Positions 9,024 to 18,493 are shown, counted from the stretch's first letter. The stretch: 51,553 nt of DNA from an uncultured bacterium (GCA_963804975.1 CAWDSG010000002.1:1-51553), one strand, 5' to 3'. Notes: generated by a model from the letters alone, not told the origin. Numbers and translations are program-made.

Positions 9024-9253
9024 ATTTGACAGACTAACACAATTTGAATTTTACTCAAAATAGCTGGCAAATAAACTTTAACATTAGTTCGATTCCTATC
9101 TGGGTAGCGTAAAAATAACCTTAATTGAAGCTGGAATTTTGCTCGCACAATGTGGTCAGGAATAATTTTCTCGTCGTCACTCAAAAATTTTCACGACCCT
9201 GACTCGCTCGTTTTGCAAGCTTGCAAAACATAGCTCTGTCTCGCACATGTACT

Positions 9254-9282
9254 AAAAAACGCAAAGTAGTTTGCGTTTTTTG
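9254..9282. terminator. bidirectional hairpin terminator downstream of tRNA-Lys
   Basis: AACGCAAA-GTAG-TTTGCGTT flanked by an A-run and a T-run. Confidence 0.8.
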
Positions 9283-9287
9283 TCATG

Positions 9288-9360
9288 TGCGCCCAGTAGG
9301 AATCGAACCTACGACCGTCTCCTTAAAAGGGAGCTGCTCTACCAACTGAGCTATGGGCGC
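9288..9360 (-). tRNA. tRNA-Lys(UUU)
   Basis: The reverse complement GCGCCCATAGCTCAGTTGGTAGAGC... has anticodon loop CTTTTAA and T-arm GTAGGTTCGATTCCTAC. No encoded CCA. Confidence 0.9.
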
Positions 9361-9406
9361 ATAAATACCGAGAAAATATAACAATTTTTTTGTAAAAAGT
9401 CCAATT

Positions 9407-10171
9407 TTAAAGCTCCAGAATAAACTTCTCCAGAGCTACAAAAAAATCCGTATTCCCTCTATGCGCTTCGTGATACATTGATACGAGTTTCCACAAAATA
9501 TTTTGGAGTTCCTCGTCTTTATAATTCTTCGCGTATTCGCGGGCTTTTTGGAACGGATATGGCTTCATTCCAGCTTCTTCCGCACTCTTGCATAATTTCC
9601 CCAACATCATACTTTTCGCCTGCCAGAAAAAGATCCCGTGCACTTCCTCCGCTGGCACCTGTTCAGCCAAGGCATCCTGATAAAACACCCACAAGCCCTT
9701 TTTGTCTCTCCTGCCAAGAGCGTCTGCAAATTCAAAAAAATCTATTTTTTCTCCGACAAGTGCAAGTTTTTCTTTTTTATTCAGCGGTTTTTCCGGTTTT
9801 ATAAACTCCTGAACTTTCCCTGCCTGGCCGGCAGGCAGGTCTGCGACTTTTTCAATTTTTGCCAGCCCAGCTTTGTCCATCTTCCCTTCGGCAAATATAA
9901 AAATATTTTTCGATTTGCCGATTTCTTTAATATTTTTCAATATTAATTCCTTATTTTCTTTATTTTCAAAAGTTTTGTAGAAATATACAATATATTTATT
10001 TGAAAAAAGCGCTTGGCTTTGCGTAAGCTCGGCAATTCTTTCATTGGACAAATTTTCCTCCCCTATTTTTACAAGAGTTGCATCAGGTTTTTTGAGAAGT
10101 AAAGAATCAATTGTTATTTTTGCTTTCTTTCTCGCAGAATCTATATCTGAGCCGTAGTAAAAGTAGATCAT
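9407..10171 (-). CDS. holA: DNA polymerase III delta subunit-like protein (HolA)
   Basis: The N-terminus MIYFYYGSD..., overall length and C-terminal helical region resemble CPR HolA annotations recalled from memory. Start chosen at the internal ATG; the upstream extension is hydrophobic junk. Carries the 21-bp palindrome in-frame. Confidence 0.65.
   Translation of the reverse strand: MIYFYYGSDIDSARKKAKITIDSLLLKKPDATLVKIGEENLSNERIAELTQSQALFSNKYIVYFYKTFENKENKELILKNIKEIGKSKNIFIFAEGKMDKAGLAKIEKVADLPAGQAGKVQEFIKPEKPLNKKEKLALVGEKIDFFEFADALGRRDKKGLWVFYQDALAEQVPAEEVHGIFFWQAKSMMLGKLCKSAEEAGMKPYPFQKAREYAKNYKDEELQNILWKLVSMYHEAHRGNTDFFVALEKFILEL
9819..9839 (-). repeat. GC-rich 21-bp palindromic element, in-frame in holA (encodes LPAGQAG)
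   Basis: The + strand reads cctgcctggccggcaggcagg. Confidence 0.85.
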
Positions 10172-10308
10172 ACGCCTTAGTGTAAAGGAAAAAAGAGAAA
10201 GGTGAAAGAGAAAAAATACTTGACTTATAAATATATATGTGATATCCTTTAAAAAGGAAATAAAAAATATTGATGGATATGGATCCATCAAAGAAAGAAG
10301 GTCGCGTC

Positions 10309-10623
10309 ATGGAACATTATCACATGATGGCAAATGTTATAGCCTTTCTCGTTCTCTGTCTTCCCCTGATCGGACTCATTTTCTGGTATAGTCACCTCTT
10401 TAAAAAAGAGGAGGAGCTTGCCGTCATTGAGTGGATTGGGATAAGCGGTGTTCCTCCGCTCTATGAAGGACCGATGAAATATTCGGAAGCCATGAAGAGG
10501 GCAAACGACATATTTAATAACGATCTGAGTCCAAGGTTAGGTACCCCTTTGGTTTGGATTGCAGGAAGTGAAAAATTTAAGAAGGCAGTTCAAATACTCA
10601 AGCAAAAGAAGAACACGAAATGA
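10309..10623 (+). CDS. hypothetical N-terminally membrane-anchored protein
   Basis: ORF with one TM segment (VIAFLVLCLPLIGLIFWY), followed by a terminator. The start is uncertain (10270 or 10309). Confidence 0.5.
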   Translation: MEHYHMMANVIAFLVLCLPLIGLIFWYSHLFKKEEELAVIEWIGISGVPPLYEGPMKYSEAMKRANDIFNNDLSPRLGTPLVWIAGSEKFKKAVQILKQKKNTK

Positions 10624-10643
10624 TTTGCTTTTTCAAGAAGCAA

Positions 10644-10676
10644 ATATCCCCTGAGAAAACTCGGGGGATATTTTTA
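10644..10676 (+). terminator. intrinsic terminator
   Basis: ATATCCCCTGAG-AAAA-CTCGGGGGATAT followed by TTTTT. Confidence 0.75.
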
Positions 10677-11393
10677 TTTTAATAAAACGATCGCACTTGC
10701 TACAATCGCTGCTGTTTCGGCGCGGAGAATTTGCGGGCCTAAAGATACTGATTTTATGCCTTTTTGTCTGAACAATTCCCTTTCTCTGTCCGTCCATCCG
10801 CCTTCGGGACCGACAAAAAGCCCGAGCTTTTTGCCCTGAGCCTGTCGAAGGGTTTCAATTTTTTCACCATTGAAATCCAGTGCAAACATTTTTCCCTCAA
10901 AACCTGCCTGGCCGGCAGGCAGGTTTTCAATTGCATTTTCCAAATCAACCGGTTCAAAAATTTCCGGCAAGTAAGCTCTCCCAGATTGTTCGCTCGCCTC
11001 TTTTGCAATCTTCTGCAACCTTTCAATATTCAGATCTTTCTTTTCGCTTCTCTCGGAAATTATAGGATGAAAAGCACTTGCGCCAATTTCTGTGCATTTT
11101 TCCACCACCAATTCAAAATTATCTTTTTTTATAATTGATTGAAAAAGATGCAATTCGGTTGCCGGAATATTTTCAATTTTTTTTTCTTTATCAATCACAA
11201 TAACCGCCTCTTTTTTACTAAGCAATTCAAAAAATCCTTCATATTCTTTGCCGTTGCCGTTAAAAAGTACAACTCTGTCCGCAACAGAAAAGCGAAAAAC
11301 TTTTATCCACTGATGCAAAAGCTCCGGATTTTCAATCCTGACTCGCTTTCCTTTTTCCAAAGTTTCTTCTATATAAAATCTGTGTAATCGCAT
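10674..11393 (-). CDS. rsmE: 16S rRNA (uracil1498-N3)-methyltransferase RsmE
   Basis: MRLHRFYI N-terminus and C-terminal SPOUT motifs (GPEGGW, LGPQILRAETA). Carries the 21-bp palindrome in-frame in a variable loop. Confidence 0.88.
   Translation of the reverse strand: MRLHRFYIEETLEKGKRVRIENPELLHQWIKVFRFSVADRVVLFNGNGKEYEGFFELLSKKEAVIVIDKEKKIENIPATELHLFQSIIKKDNFELVVEKCTEIGASAFHPIISERSEKKDLNIERLQKIAKEASEQSGRAYLPEIFEPVDLENAIENLPAGQAGFEGKMFALDFNGEKIETLRQAQGKKLGLFVGPEGGWTDRERELFRQKGIKSVSLGPQILRAETAAIVASAIVLLK
10903..10923 (-). repeat. GC-rich 21-bp palindromic element, in-frame in rsmE (encodes LPAGQAG)
   Basis: The + strand reads aaCCTGCCTGGCCGGCAGGCAGGtt, giving a 10-bp stem when the flanks are included. 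Confidence 0.85.
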
Positions 11394-11543
11394 AGCACCA
11401 GTCTAAGGTTTTAAGCAAATAAAGTCAAAAATACAAATTAAAATCCCCAATTCAACCATGGTTGAATTGAGGATTTTGGTTTTTTAGTAAAATAAAACCC
11501 CAGGGCGGTTTAAACCGTTTCCTGGGGCAAAAATATAAAATCA

Positions 11544-12242
11544 TTACAGATAAAACAAAACGATCGTGGCGATCATAAATACATAAAAAATAACGCTCGC
11601 CTTCCAGTATTTCCTCAAACAGTTCCACTTGTTATCACTGTTGTAGGCAATGAAAAAAGCAGAGAAAACAGCGACGACAGCGACACAATCGACAGAGATG
11701 ACAGGCGTAAAGACAATAGAGACCATAGCAGCGAAAGCGGCAATTGCAGCGGCGCTAGCGACAGAAGCGACGGGAGCGACAAGTTTTCTCCGTAAAATAT
11801 TAGATCCCACCATCGCAAAAATTGCCAAAATCGCGAATATAATGAACGGACTAAACTCCCATTTTGTCTTCGCAACCCCAGCATTTGTGACCGCTTCAAT
11901 CGTCTTTTTGTTCTTGTTGTAAACAAGAGCGATGTCAGTGATTGTCCGCGTCTCCATCTTAAACACGCCAATCATTTTCCTGTGATCGCTTGTCATAACT
12001 GGCACGACAGCATTAATTTTAATAATGCCAGGTTTCTCAAACATCTCCTTCCACGTATCGCCATACTGAAGTGCTTCATCAGAAACCGAAACGCCGGTTG
12101 GCGTCCAAGTTTCTTTCGTTCCCGCCACAGGAGCAATTCGCAGATTGTCCTTGCTTCCGACCTCCACCGTCGCCGCCTGCAAAGACGACGCCGTAAAAAA
12201 TAGTGCGAACAACGCAATCAAAAGCAATGTGATCTTTTTCAC
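11544..12242 (-). CDS. hypothetical secreted/membrane protein (signal peptide plus C-terminal Ala-rich TM segments)
   Basis: A GTG start 7 nt after GGAGG gives VKKITLLLIALFALFFTASSLQA. The C-terminal half has several TM segments. Confidence 0.6.
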   Translation of the reverse strand: MKKITLLLIALFALFFTASSLQAATVEVGSKDNLRIAPVAGTKETWTPTGVSVSDEALQYGDTWKEMFEKPGIIKINAVVPVMTSDHRKMIGVFKMETRTITDIALVYNKNKKTIEAVTNAGVAKTKWEFSPFIIFAILAIFAMVGSNILRRKLVAPVASVASAAAIAAFAAMVSIVFTPVISVDCVAVVAVFSAFFIAYNSDNKWNCLRKYWKASVIFYVFMIATIVLFYL

Positions 12243-12356
12243 TTTACTACCTCCAATTTGAAATGAACGAATTACAACGAACTTCACAGAAAAACTAACA
12301 TATTGTGAAAATTTTGTCAAGTAGAATTGACTGAGTTTTTGTTATATCTTTACACT

Positions 12357-12929
12357 ATGAATTTAATCCCAACAGTCATAGAAAAATCACAGTTCGGCGA
12401 AAGGGCCTTTGATATTTACTCACGGCTCTTGAAAGAAAGGATAATTTTTCTGGGCGGAGAAATAGACGACGATACCGCAAATATTGTCATTGCGGAGCTT
12501 TTATTTTTGCAATCCGAAGATCCCAAAAAAGATATTATGCTTTACATAAATTCTCCCGGCGGTTCGGCTACGGCAACTTTGGCAATGATTGACACTATGA
12601 ACAATATAAAATGCGATGTATCAACCGTGTGCATAGGACTAGCGGCATCCGGTGCGGCATGGCTTCTTTCTGCGGGAGCAAAAGGAAAAAGATTCGCTTT
12701 GCCGAATTCGGAAGTAATGATTCATCAGCCGCTCGGCGGAGCCCAAGGGCAAGTTTCCGATATAGAAATAAGAACAAAAAATCTTTTGAAATTGCGCGAT
12801 ACTTTGGCTAAAATAATGGCAAAAAACACCGGCCAGCCGCTTTCAAAAATAGAAAAAGATATTGATCGGGATTTCTTCATGGATGCGGAAGAAGCCAAGA
12901 AATACGGGATTGTGGATAAGGTTTTGTAG
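12357..12929 (+). CDS. clpP: ATP-dependent Clp protease proteolytic subunit
   Basis: Conserved ClpP sequence ([34 protein letters not shown]). Confidence 0.93.
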   Translation: MNLIPTVIEKSQFGERAFDIYSRLLKERIIFLGGEIDDDTANIVIAELLFLQSEDPKKDIMLYINSPGGSATATLAMIDTMNNIKCDVSTVCIGLAASGAAWLLSAGAKGKRFALPNSEVMIHQPLGGAQGQVSDIEIRTKNLLKLRDTLAKIMAKNTGQPLSKIEKDIDRDFFMDAEEAKKYGIVDKVL

Positions 12930-12962
12930 CTGTTAGTTTGATTATCAAGGGAAAATACAAAA

Positions 12963-12997
12963 AGAGGGGTTTTCGCAAAGCGAAAACCCCTCTTTTT
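12963..12997 (+). terminator. intrinsic terminator after clpP
   Basis: 14-bp stem AGAGGGGTTTTCGC/GCGAAAACCCCTCT followed by a T-run. Confidence 0.9.
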
Positions 12998-13197
12998 ATT
13001 TGCATTTTCAGCAAGATTGCGCTATTATCAAGAAGTTAATAATTTTAATTTTTAAGGATTCCGTTTTTACAAGATTCTAAGCAAGCAATATGTTTTTTAA
13101 ACCAAATTTAAAAATTTCAGCAAACTGTTCCGTTCTAAGCAGGAAACATCATAAAGCTCAATAGAAAAGCTAGAAAGGCGAAATCTTTTTCGCAAAT

Positions 13198-14727
13198 ATG
13201 TCGACATTAAAAATAATAATTTTCCTCGCGGGCTCCGGTCTTGCGGGAATTGCAATTGGTTATTTTCTGCGGCTTATAATCTCTCTCGGAAAGAAAGGTT
13301 CCGTGGAACTTGAAATCCGAAGGATGATGCTTGAAGCGGAAGAAAAAGCCAAAAAAACCATTATTGAAGCTGAAACAAAATCCGTTGAGATAATGAAAGA
13401 GTCAAAAAGAGACGCAAAAGAAAAAGAAGATAAATTTAAAGCTACGGAAGACCGCCTTATCAAAAAAGAGGGGCTTCTGGATCAAAGACAGGTGGATATA
13501 GACAAGGAAGTCGAAAATATAAAGCAAAAAATAGCCGAAATAAAGGAAATTAGGGAAAAAACCGACAAATTGGAAGAACAGAAAAATACCGAGCTTTTGT
13601 CCATCACAAAAATGACCGAGGAAGAGGCTAAAAACAGCTTATTTTCTTCAATTGAGAAAAAATACGAAGGAGACATCATGGGTAGGATGAAAAAACTCGA
13701 GGAAGGAGGTGAGGAAAAACTTGACCATGTGGCAAAAGAAATTCTTGTCACTTCAATCCAGCGGCTCTCTACGTCCGTTGCGTCCGATGTCATGTCCACC
13801 ATACTTTCGATCCCGTCGGATGAAATGAAAGGAAAAATCATCGGAAAAGAAGGAAAAAATATCAAAGCGTTTGAAAGAGTTACCGGAGTTGAAGTCATTG
13901 TGGACGATACTCCCGGCATGATAACGATTTCCTCTTTTGATCCCATCAGAAGGCAGATTGCAAAAGTCGCTTTGGATATCCTTCTTGTAGACGGCAGGAT
14001 TCAACCGGCAAAAATAGAAAAAGCGGTTGAAAAAGCACAGGCAGATATCAATAAAATAATCAAAGAAAAAGGCGAGCAGGCGGCTTATGAATGCGGAGTG
14101 GTAAATCTTGATCCGCGAGTCATTGCCATACTTGGGCGGCTTCATTTCAGAACAAGTTATGGGCAGAATGTATTGCAGCATTCGATAGAAATGGCTTTTA
14201 TCGCCAGAATGATTGCAGAAGAGGTAGGCGCAAATGTGCCAGTGGCAGTGGCTGCTGCGCTTGTCCATGATATCGGAAAAGCACTCACTCACGAAGTGGC
14301 AGGTACGCACGTGGAAATCGGCAGAAGAGTGCTTCAGAAATTCGGCGTGAGCGAAGATATCATCAAAGCGATGCAGTCGCATCACGAGGAATATCCTTAT
14401 GAATCATTGGAAGCTGTTATCGTCAAAGTCGCCGACACTATTTCGGGCGGAAGGCCGGGCGCGAGAAGCGACAGCGTTGAAAATTACATCAAACGCCTTG
14501 CCGATCTTGAAGCAATCACCAATTCCTTTGCCGGAGTTGAGAAATCATACGCTTTGGAAGCCGGAAGAGAGATAAGAATATTTGTCACGCCGGAAAAAAT
14601 TTCAGATCTTGAAGCCCATAAACTGGCTCGCGATATCGCCGATAAGATAGAAACCGATCTCAAATATCCAGGAGAAGTAAAGGTTATGGTGATAAGAGAG
14701 ACGAGAGTGATTGAATATGCGAGATAA
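13198..14727 (+). CDS. rny: ribonuclease Y
   Basis: N-terminal TM segment, coiled coil, KH domain (GKIIGKEGKNIK) and HD domain (LVHDIGKA). Confidence 0.92.
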   Translation: MSTLKIIIFLAGSGLAGIAIGYFLRLIISLGKKGSVELEIRRMMLEAEEKAKKTIIEAETKSVEIMKESKRDAKEKEDKFKATEDRLIKKEGLLDQRQVDIDKEVENIKQKIAEIKEIREKTDKLEEQKNTELLSITKMTEEEAKNSLFSSIEKKYEGDIMGRMKKLEEGGEEKLDHVAKEILVTSIQRLSTSVASDVMSTILSIPSDEMKGKIIGKEGKNIKAFERVTGVEVIVDDTPGMITISSFDPIRRQIAKVALDILLVDGRIQPAKIEKAVEKAQADINKIIKEKGEQAAYECGVVNLDPRVIAILGRLHFRTSYGQNVLQHSIEMAFIARMIAEEVGANVPVAVAAALVHDIGKALTHEVAGTHVEIGRRVLQKFGVSEDIIKAMQSHHEEYPYESLEAVIVKVADTISGGRPGARSDSVENYIKRLADLEAITNSFAGVEKSYALEAGREIRIFVTPEKISDLEAHKLARDIADKIETDLKYPGEVKVMVIRETRVIEYAR

Positions 14728-14937
14728 TTAAAATCCCCTTATTTTAAGCCATATTTTACAATCCAAAATAACCCTTATTTTGCAACATTATTTTTATGTT
14801 GCACATAATTTTATCCTCTATTGTGCTAAAAAACCTATATATTATAATAGCCCATAGGTCATTAAAGCCCTCCTTTACGAAAAACAGGACGGCATTGGCG
14901 GTCGAAATTATAAGTTATTAATTATTTATTAACTTTT

Positions 14938-15210
14938 ATGAATAAAGCAAGTATAGTAGATGCAGTGCATGCAATACTAAATGGAACAAAAGTTCAGGCA
15001 GAGCAGGTTGTTGATGCGGTTTTTGATACGATCGTAAACGGTTTGAAGAAAGGAAACGAAGTATCAATCGCAGGCCTTGGAATCTTTTCTGTAAAGCAGA
15101 GAGCTGCGAGACAGGCAAGAAACCCAAGAACCGGCGAATCCATTTCGGTCGCCGCTATGAAGGTTCCAAAATTCAGAGCAGCAAAAGCTTTGAAAGAAGC
15201 GGTGAAATAA
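14938..15210 (+). CDS. hup: HU-family DNA-binding protein
   Basis: 90 aa, MNKASIVDAV..., with the RNPRTGE arm motif. Confidence 0.9.
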   Translation: MNKASIVDAVHAILNGTKVQAEQVVDAVFDTIVNGLKKGNEVSIAGLGIFSVKQRAARQARNPRTGESISVAAMKVPKFRAAKALKEAVK

Positions 15211-15218
15211 GAAAAGTT

Positions 15219-15247
15219 AAAAAAACTGCCTTAAAGCAGTTTTTTTA
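15219..15247. terminator. bidirectional terminator
   Basis: AAAAAACTGC-loop-GCAGTTTTTT between convergent genes. Confidence 0.75.
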
Positions 15248-15270
15248 ACACCAGGTTTTCTTTACGGAAG

Positions 15271-15885
15271 TCAATCTCCGTTAAAAAAATAAAACTCGAT
15301 CAATTTATGGCAAGTGCTGTAATCACCTAAGTAGAAAAATCCGATTTTATCAACCTTAAATGAAAAATTTGATTTATCAATATTCAAAAGAGCTGATTTA
15401 TTAAATTTTTCTAACTTGGTAAATGTCAGGTGAGGAAAAAATTTAGCACCGACACTACGGTATCCATAAAGCTTGAGGTTTTTCTGCTCAGCTTTAGTCA
15501 TTTCACTCATTCGCGCTTTGTCTTTTTTCCTCATCAAACCCTCACGCAATGGATTCAAAAGAGTAATGATTTTCCTTTGAAGTTTCATGATGTTTTTAGA
15601 TTTTTTGTAATTAATATCAATGTATCCGCCATTACTTTGCCGATATTTCAAAGAAATTACGTGAAATGGTTTTATTTTAGCAGTAAACTTATGAAGTATT
15701 TTTCTAATTTTTGTAATATTTTTTACGGGAAATTCAGTTATATAAATTGAGATGTGCGGGAAAAAGTTTTTGTTATCCAAAATAAAAAGTCCGCCTTTCT
15801 TTTTCAATTTCTTACTAGTACTTATTGCTTTTTGGGAAATATTCGCAGAAGGGCAAATAACAATATCGAAAGATTTAGATTTCAT
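15271..15885 (-). CDS. 2H phosphoesterase / LigT-like protein
   Basis: Two H-x-S/T-x motifs (PHISIY, PHLTFT) spaced as in 2'-5' RNA ligase-like proteins. The start is set at MKSKSF because the longer ORF overlaps tRNA-Gly. Confidence 0.6.
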   Translation of the reverse strand: MKSKSFDIVICPSANISQKAISTSKKLKKKGGLFILDNKNFFPHISIYITEFPVKNITKIRKILHKFTAKIKPFHVISLKYRQSNGGYIDINYKKSKNIMKLQRKIITLLNPLREGLMRKKDKARMSEMTKAEQKNLKLYGYRSVGAKFFPHLTFTKLEKFNKSALLNIDKSNFSFKVDKIGFFYLGDYSTCHKLIEFYFFNGD

Positions 15886-15899
15886 ATAATTAAATTCTG

Positions 15900-15970
15900 T
15901 GCGGGTAGGGTGAATCGGACACCCGACTAGAGTTTGGAAAACTCCCATTTTACCACTAAACTATACCCGC
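15900..15970 (-). tRNA. tRNA-Gly(UCC)
   Basis: The reverse complement GCGGGTATAGTTTAGTGGTAAAAT... has anticodon loop TTTCCAA. No encoded CCA. Confidence 0.88.
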
Positions 15971-15986
15971 CTGAAAAAACATACTA

Positions 15987-16289
15987 TCAGAAATTCTTAT
16001 TCTTTGCTACTTTTAAAATTTCTTCAAAATCATCATTTTTGTCGGAAACTTTTCTTCTCTTGGCTCCGCACTTCAAACATTTATGAATTATGATGTGTTC
16101 TCCTTTTTCCAAAATAATTTCTTCCGGCATCATCATACCGGCACATTTTTCTGCTCTATCTCCAGGATCTATGTCCACATGTTTGCTGAAGAGGCATTTC
16201 GGGCAATGGTTTGTGAAGCCGTTACCTTTCACTTTTTCTGCGCAATTTTCGCAGACAAAATTTTCAATTTTTCTTTGAAATTTTTTCAT
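15987..16289 (-). CDS. RNHCP domain-containing zinc-ribbon protein
   Basis: 100 aa with CENC...FTNHCPKC...C..C cysteine pairs. Confidence 0.7.
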   Translation of the reverse strand: MKKFQRKIENFVCENCAEKVKGNGFTNHCPKCLFSKHVDIDPGDRAEKCAGMMMPEEIILEKGEHIIIHKCLKCGAKRRKVSDKNDDFEEILKVAKNKNF

Positions 16290-16346
16290 ATTTTTACATA
16301 AACTAAAATTTCATTTTATTATTTTTTATGCTAGTATTCGCGTGTA

Positions 16347-16419
16347 TCGGAGTGTGGTGTAACGGTAGCATATATGCTTTGGGAGCATACAGTCCGGGTT
16401 CAAATCCCGGCACTCCGAC
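16347..16419 (+). tRNA. tRNA-Pro(UGG)
   Basis: Acceptor TCGGAGT/ACTCCGA, anticodon loop TTTGGGA, T-arm CCGGGTTCAAATCCCGG. No encoded CCA. Confidence 0.88.
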
Positions 16420-16424
16420 AATAA

Positions 16425-17936
16425 TCAACTTACTCTGTGTTTTCCTCTTATTTTTTTTACCTCTTCCTCGTTTTCTTTTTCTTTTGTCTCCTTCCCTTCC
16501 GCCCCCATTGCGCGCAACTTTTTTTCCGGAAGTTTTAAAAGCTCTATAGCTTTGTTGGTCAAATATTCTTCATTATTCAATTTCGGATCATCAAGCACTT
16601 CCTCCAAAAGAGCGTGCAAAACAAAGCCGATTTTCGGTCCCGGAACTTCGCCGGAAATTTCCATAATTTTTTTGCCGTTTATATTTAGCATTCCGACAGA
16701 AATTGGATCTCTCATCGCTTCATCTATCATCGCATGATATTTTCTCAGGCGATACGGGTCCGCTTTCGGCCTGCCCATTCCTATCCTGTCGCTTACGCGC
16801 AAATCCATAAGGTCCCAAATGTTTTCTTTTCCGATTTTGGCAATGACTCTTCTCACTGCCGAAAGAGTTATCTGCGAAGTGTCCGAGAAAAACATATGCA
16901 TTCTGACAAGCTTCACCACTTTTTCAATGATATTTTTCGGATATTTCAAATCCTGCAAAATTTTCTCCGCCATTCTTGCCCCGATAACTTCATGCCCGTA
17001 AAAAGTCCATTTCTCGCCCGTCTCTCCTTTTCTTCTGGATTTTGGCTTGCCGATATCATGCAAAAGCGCGGAAAGCCGCAGCTCCAAGCCAAATTTTTTA
17101 TCTGCGGCATATTGCAAAGATTTCAGGGAATGTTCCCAAACATCATAAATATGGGTTCCTCCCTGTTCTATGCTTATTGTTTTTTCCAATTCCGGAATTA
17201 TATATTGTAAAAGATTGAATTTCTTGCAGAGTTTTATGCCGTTTGCCGGATTGTCAGACATTATTATTTTCGTAAATTCATCCCGTATTCTTTCCTTTGA
17301 AATTTTTGAGAGCAAATTTGATTCCGCATTCAGAGCAATCTCTGTTTTCTTGTCAATTTCAAATCCAAGGAAATTTGCAATTCTCACAGCACGCAAAATT
17401 CTCAGGCCGTCTTCCTGAAATCTCTCATGCGGATCACCGACCGTCCTTAAAATTTTATCCTTCAAATCTTTCTGCCCGCCATAAAAATCCTCAATATTCC
17501 CTTTATAATAGCCATTTTTTGTGCTTTCTTCCGACAAATTCAGGGCTATGGCATTGATAGTAAAATCCCTTCTATGCAAATCGTCGTCCAATTTATCGCT
17601 AAAAATAACATGGTCCGGCCTTCTATTATCGGAATATTCCGCTTCAAGGCGATAAGGTGTAATTTCAATGACCTTTACCGTTTCATCTTTTGTTTCTTCG
17701 TTTACAACCCCGACTGTCCCATAAATATTTTCATAAAACGTATCTGGAAAAATTTTCATAATCTCTTCCGGCCTGGCATTTGTCGTAATATCCCAATCTT
17801 TCGGTTTTATTTTCAACAAAATATCGCGTACGCATCCGCCAATCAAATATGCCTCAAGACCGGCAGTTTTAAGCTTTTCTGATGCGTCCCAAATTTCTTT
17901 TGGTATCGGTCCGTATTCTTTTTGAGATTTTTCCAT
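16425..17936 (-). CDS. cca: CCA-adding tRNA nucleotidyltransferase with HD domain
   Basis: GGCVRD nucleotidyltransferase motif, RRDFTINA and HD motif (LLHDIGKP). 503 aa. Confidence 0.88.
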   Translation of the reverse strand: MEKSQKEYGPIPKEIWDASEKLKTAGLEAYLIGGCVRDILLKIKPKDWDITTNARPEEIMKIFPDTFYENIYGTVGVVNEETKDETVKVIEITPYRLEAEYSDNRRPDHVIFSDKLDDDLHRRDFTINAIALNLSEESTKNGYYKGNIEDFYGGQKDLKDKILRTVGDPHERFQEDGLRILRAVRIANFLGFEIDKKTEIALNAESNLLSKISKERIRDEFTKIIMSDNPANGIKLCKKFNLLQYIIPELEKTISIEQGGTHIYDVWEHSLKSLQYAADKKFGLELRLSALLHDIGKPKSRRKGETGEKWTFYGHEVIGARMAEKILQDLKYPKNIIEKVVKLVRMHMFFSDTSQITLSAVRRVIAKIGKENIWDLMDLRVSDRIGMGRPKADPYRLRKYHAMIDEAMRDPISVGMLNINGKKIMEISGEVPGPKIGFVLHALLEEVLDDPKLNNEEYLTNKAIELLKLPEKKLRAMGAEGKETKEKENEEEVKKIRGKHRVS

Positions 17937-17943
17937 TATTTTG

Positions 17944-18014
17944 TGCGGGTAGAGAGAATCGAACTCTCATCTAATCCTTGGCAAGGACTCATTCTACCAC
18001 TAAACTATACCCGC
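17944..18014 (-). tRNA. tRNA-Gly(GCC)
   Basis: The reverse complement GCGGGTATAGTTTAGTGGTAGAAT... has anticodon loop TTGCCAA. No encoded CCA. Confidence 0.9.
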
Positions 18015-18125
18015 AAAATTAATTTTTGCCTGTTAAATTTTAACAGAACCATTCTAGCATTTTCTCCAAAAAATCCAAAGAATACTTTATTTTTCTCTGG
18101 TTTTGATGTATTATTTACCTTATAT

Positions 18126-18197
18126 GCGCCCGTGGTGAAATGGATATCACAATGGTCTTCGGAACCATTATTGTGGGTTCGATTCCTACCGGGCGCG
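18126..18197 (+). tRNA. tRNA-Arg(UCG)
   Basis: Acceptor GCGCCCG/CGGGCGC, anticodon stem ATGGT/ACCAT with loop CTTCGGA. No encoded CCA. Confidence 0.88.
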
Positions 18198-18493
18198 CAT
18201 TGCAAACAATTGAAAATTACCCTTATTTTGGGTGATTTTCTTTTGCAATGCGCGAGCCGGAGCGCGACGGCGCGAGGCGGGGTCGCGGAATTTTTCAGCA
18301 GAAAAATATCTGTGACTGCAAAAATTAAAAACTAATCAAAAAATTGAGTTATTTTTTGTTTTTGCATAAAAATTCTAAAAAATCAATCAAAGACATCAAA
18401 ATATTTTTAAAGACATAATAAGAACATATTTTACAAAAATTGTACTATTTAATTTATTTTTAGCTCTTAAAATAAGGGGTTCCCACGTGAAAC

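Noticed and set aside
9087-9109. A tRNA 3'-half-like fragment, GTTCGATTCCTATCTGGGTAGCG, that could mark an att site of an integrated element next to the orphan genes at 7885-9023.
   Set aside because: No complementary 5' acceptor is present, so it is not a tRNA. It is inverted relative to the adjacent tRNA-Lys. It also lies upstream, not downstream, of the similar tRNA-Arg(UCG). The geometry therefore does not fit attL/attR of a tRNA-targeted island, and no integrase gene is adjacent.
9211-9230. The perfect 20-bp palindrome GTTTTGCAAGCTTGCAAAAC in the spacer before tRNA-Lys.
   Set aside because: It is an isolated single copy with no associated gene or repeat partner. It is noted only as part of an uncharacterised 260-bp spacer.
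10833-10852. A second GC-rich patch in rsmE, gccctgagcctgtcgaaggg, encoding LRQAQG. It resembles peptides produced when GC-rich REP-type palindromes are translated.
   Set aside because: There is a single copy in the window and only a 4-bp potential stem. The resemblance rests on memory of other genomes, which is not enough to call it an element.
14781-14803. The palindrome TGCAACAT-N7-ATGTTGCA between rny and hup, considered as a possible operator.
   Set aside because: It is a single copy of an AT-rich hairpin located where the rny terminator is expected. The simplest reading is a weak terminator.
17922-18335. A 137-aa ORF spanning tRNA-Gly(GCC) and tRNA-Arg(UCG). Similarly, the ORF at 3203-3409 overlaps tRNA-Arg(GCG) and rpsT.
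   Set aside because: They overlap confidently folded tRNA genes and have no RBS, so they are spurious.
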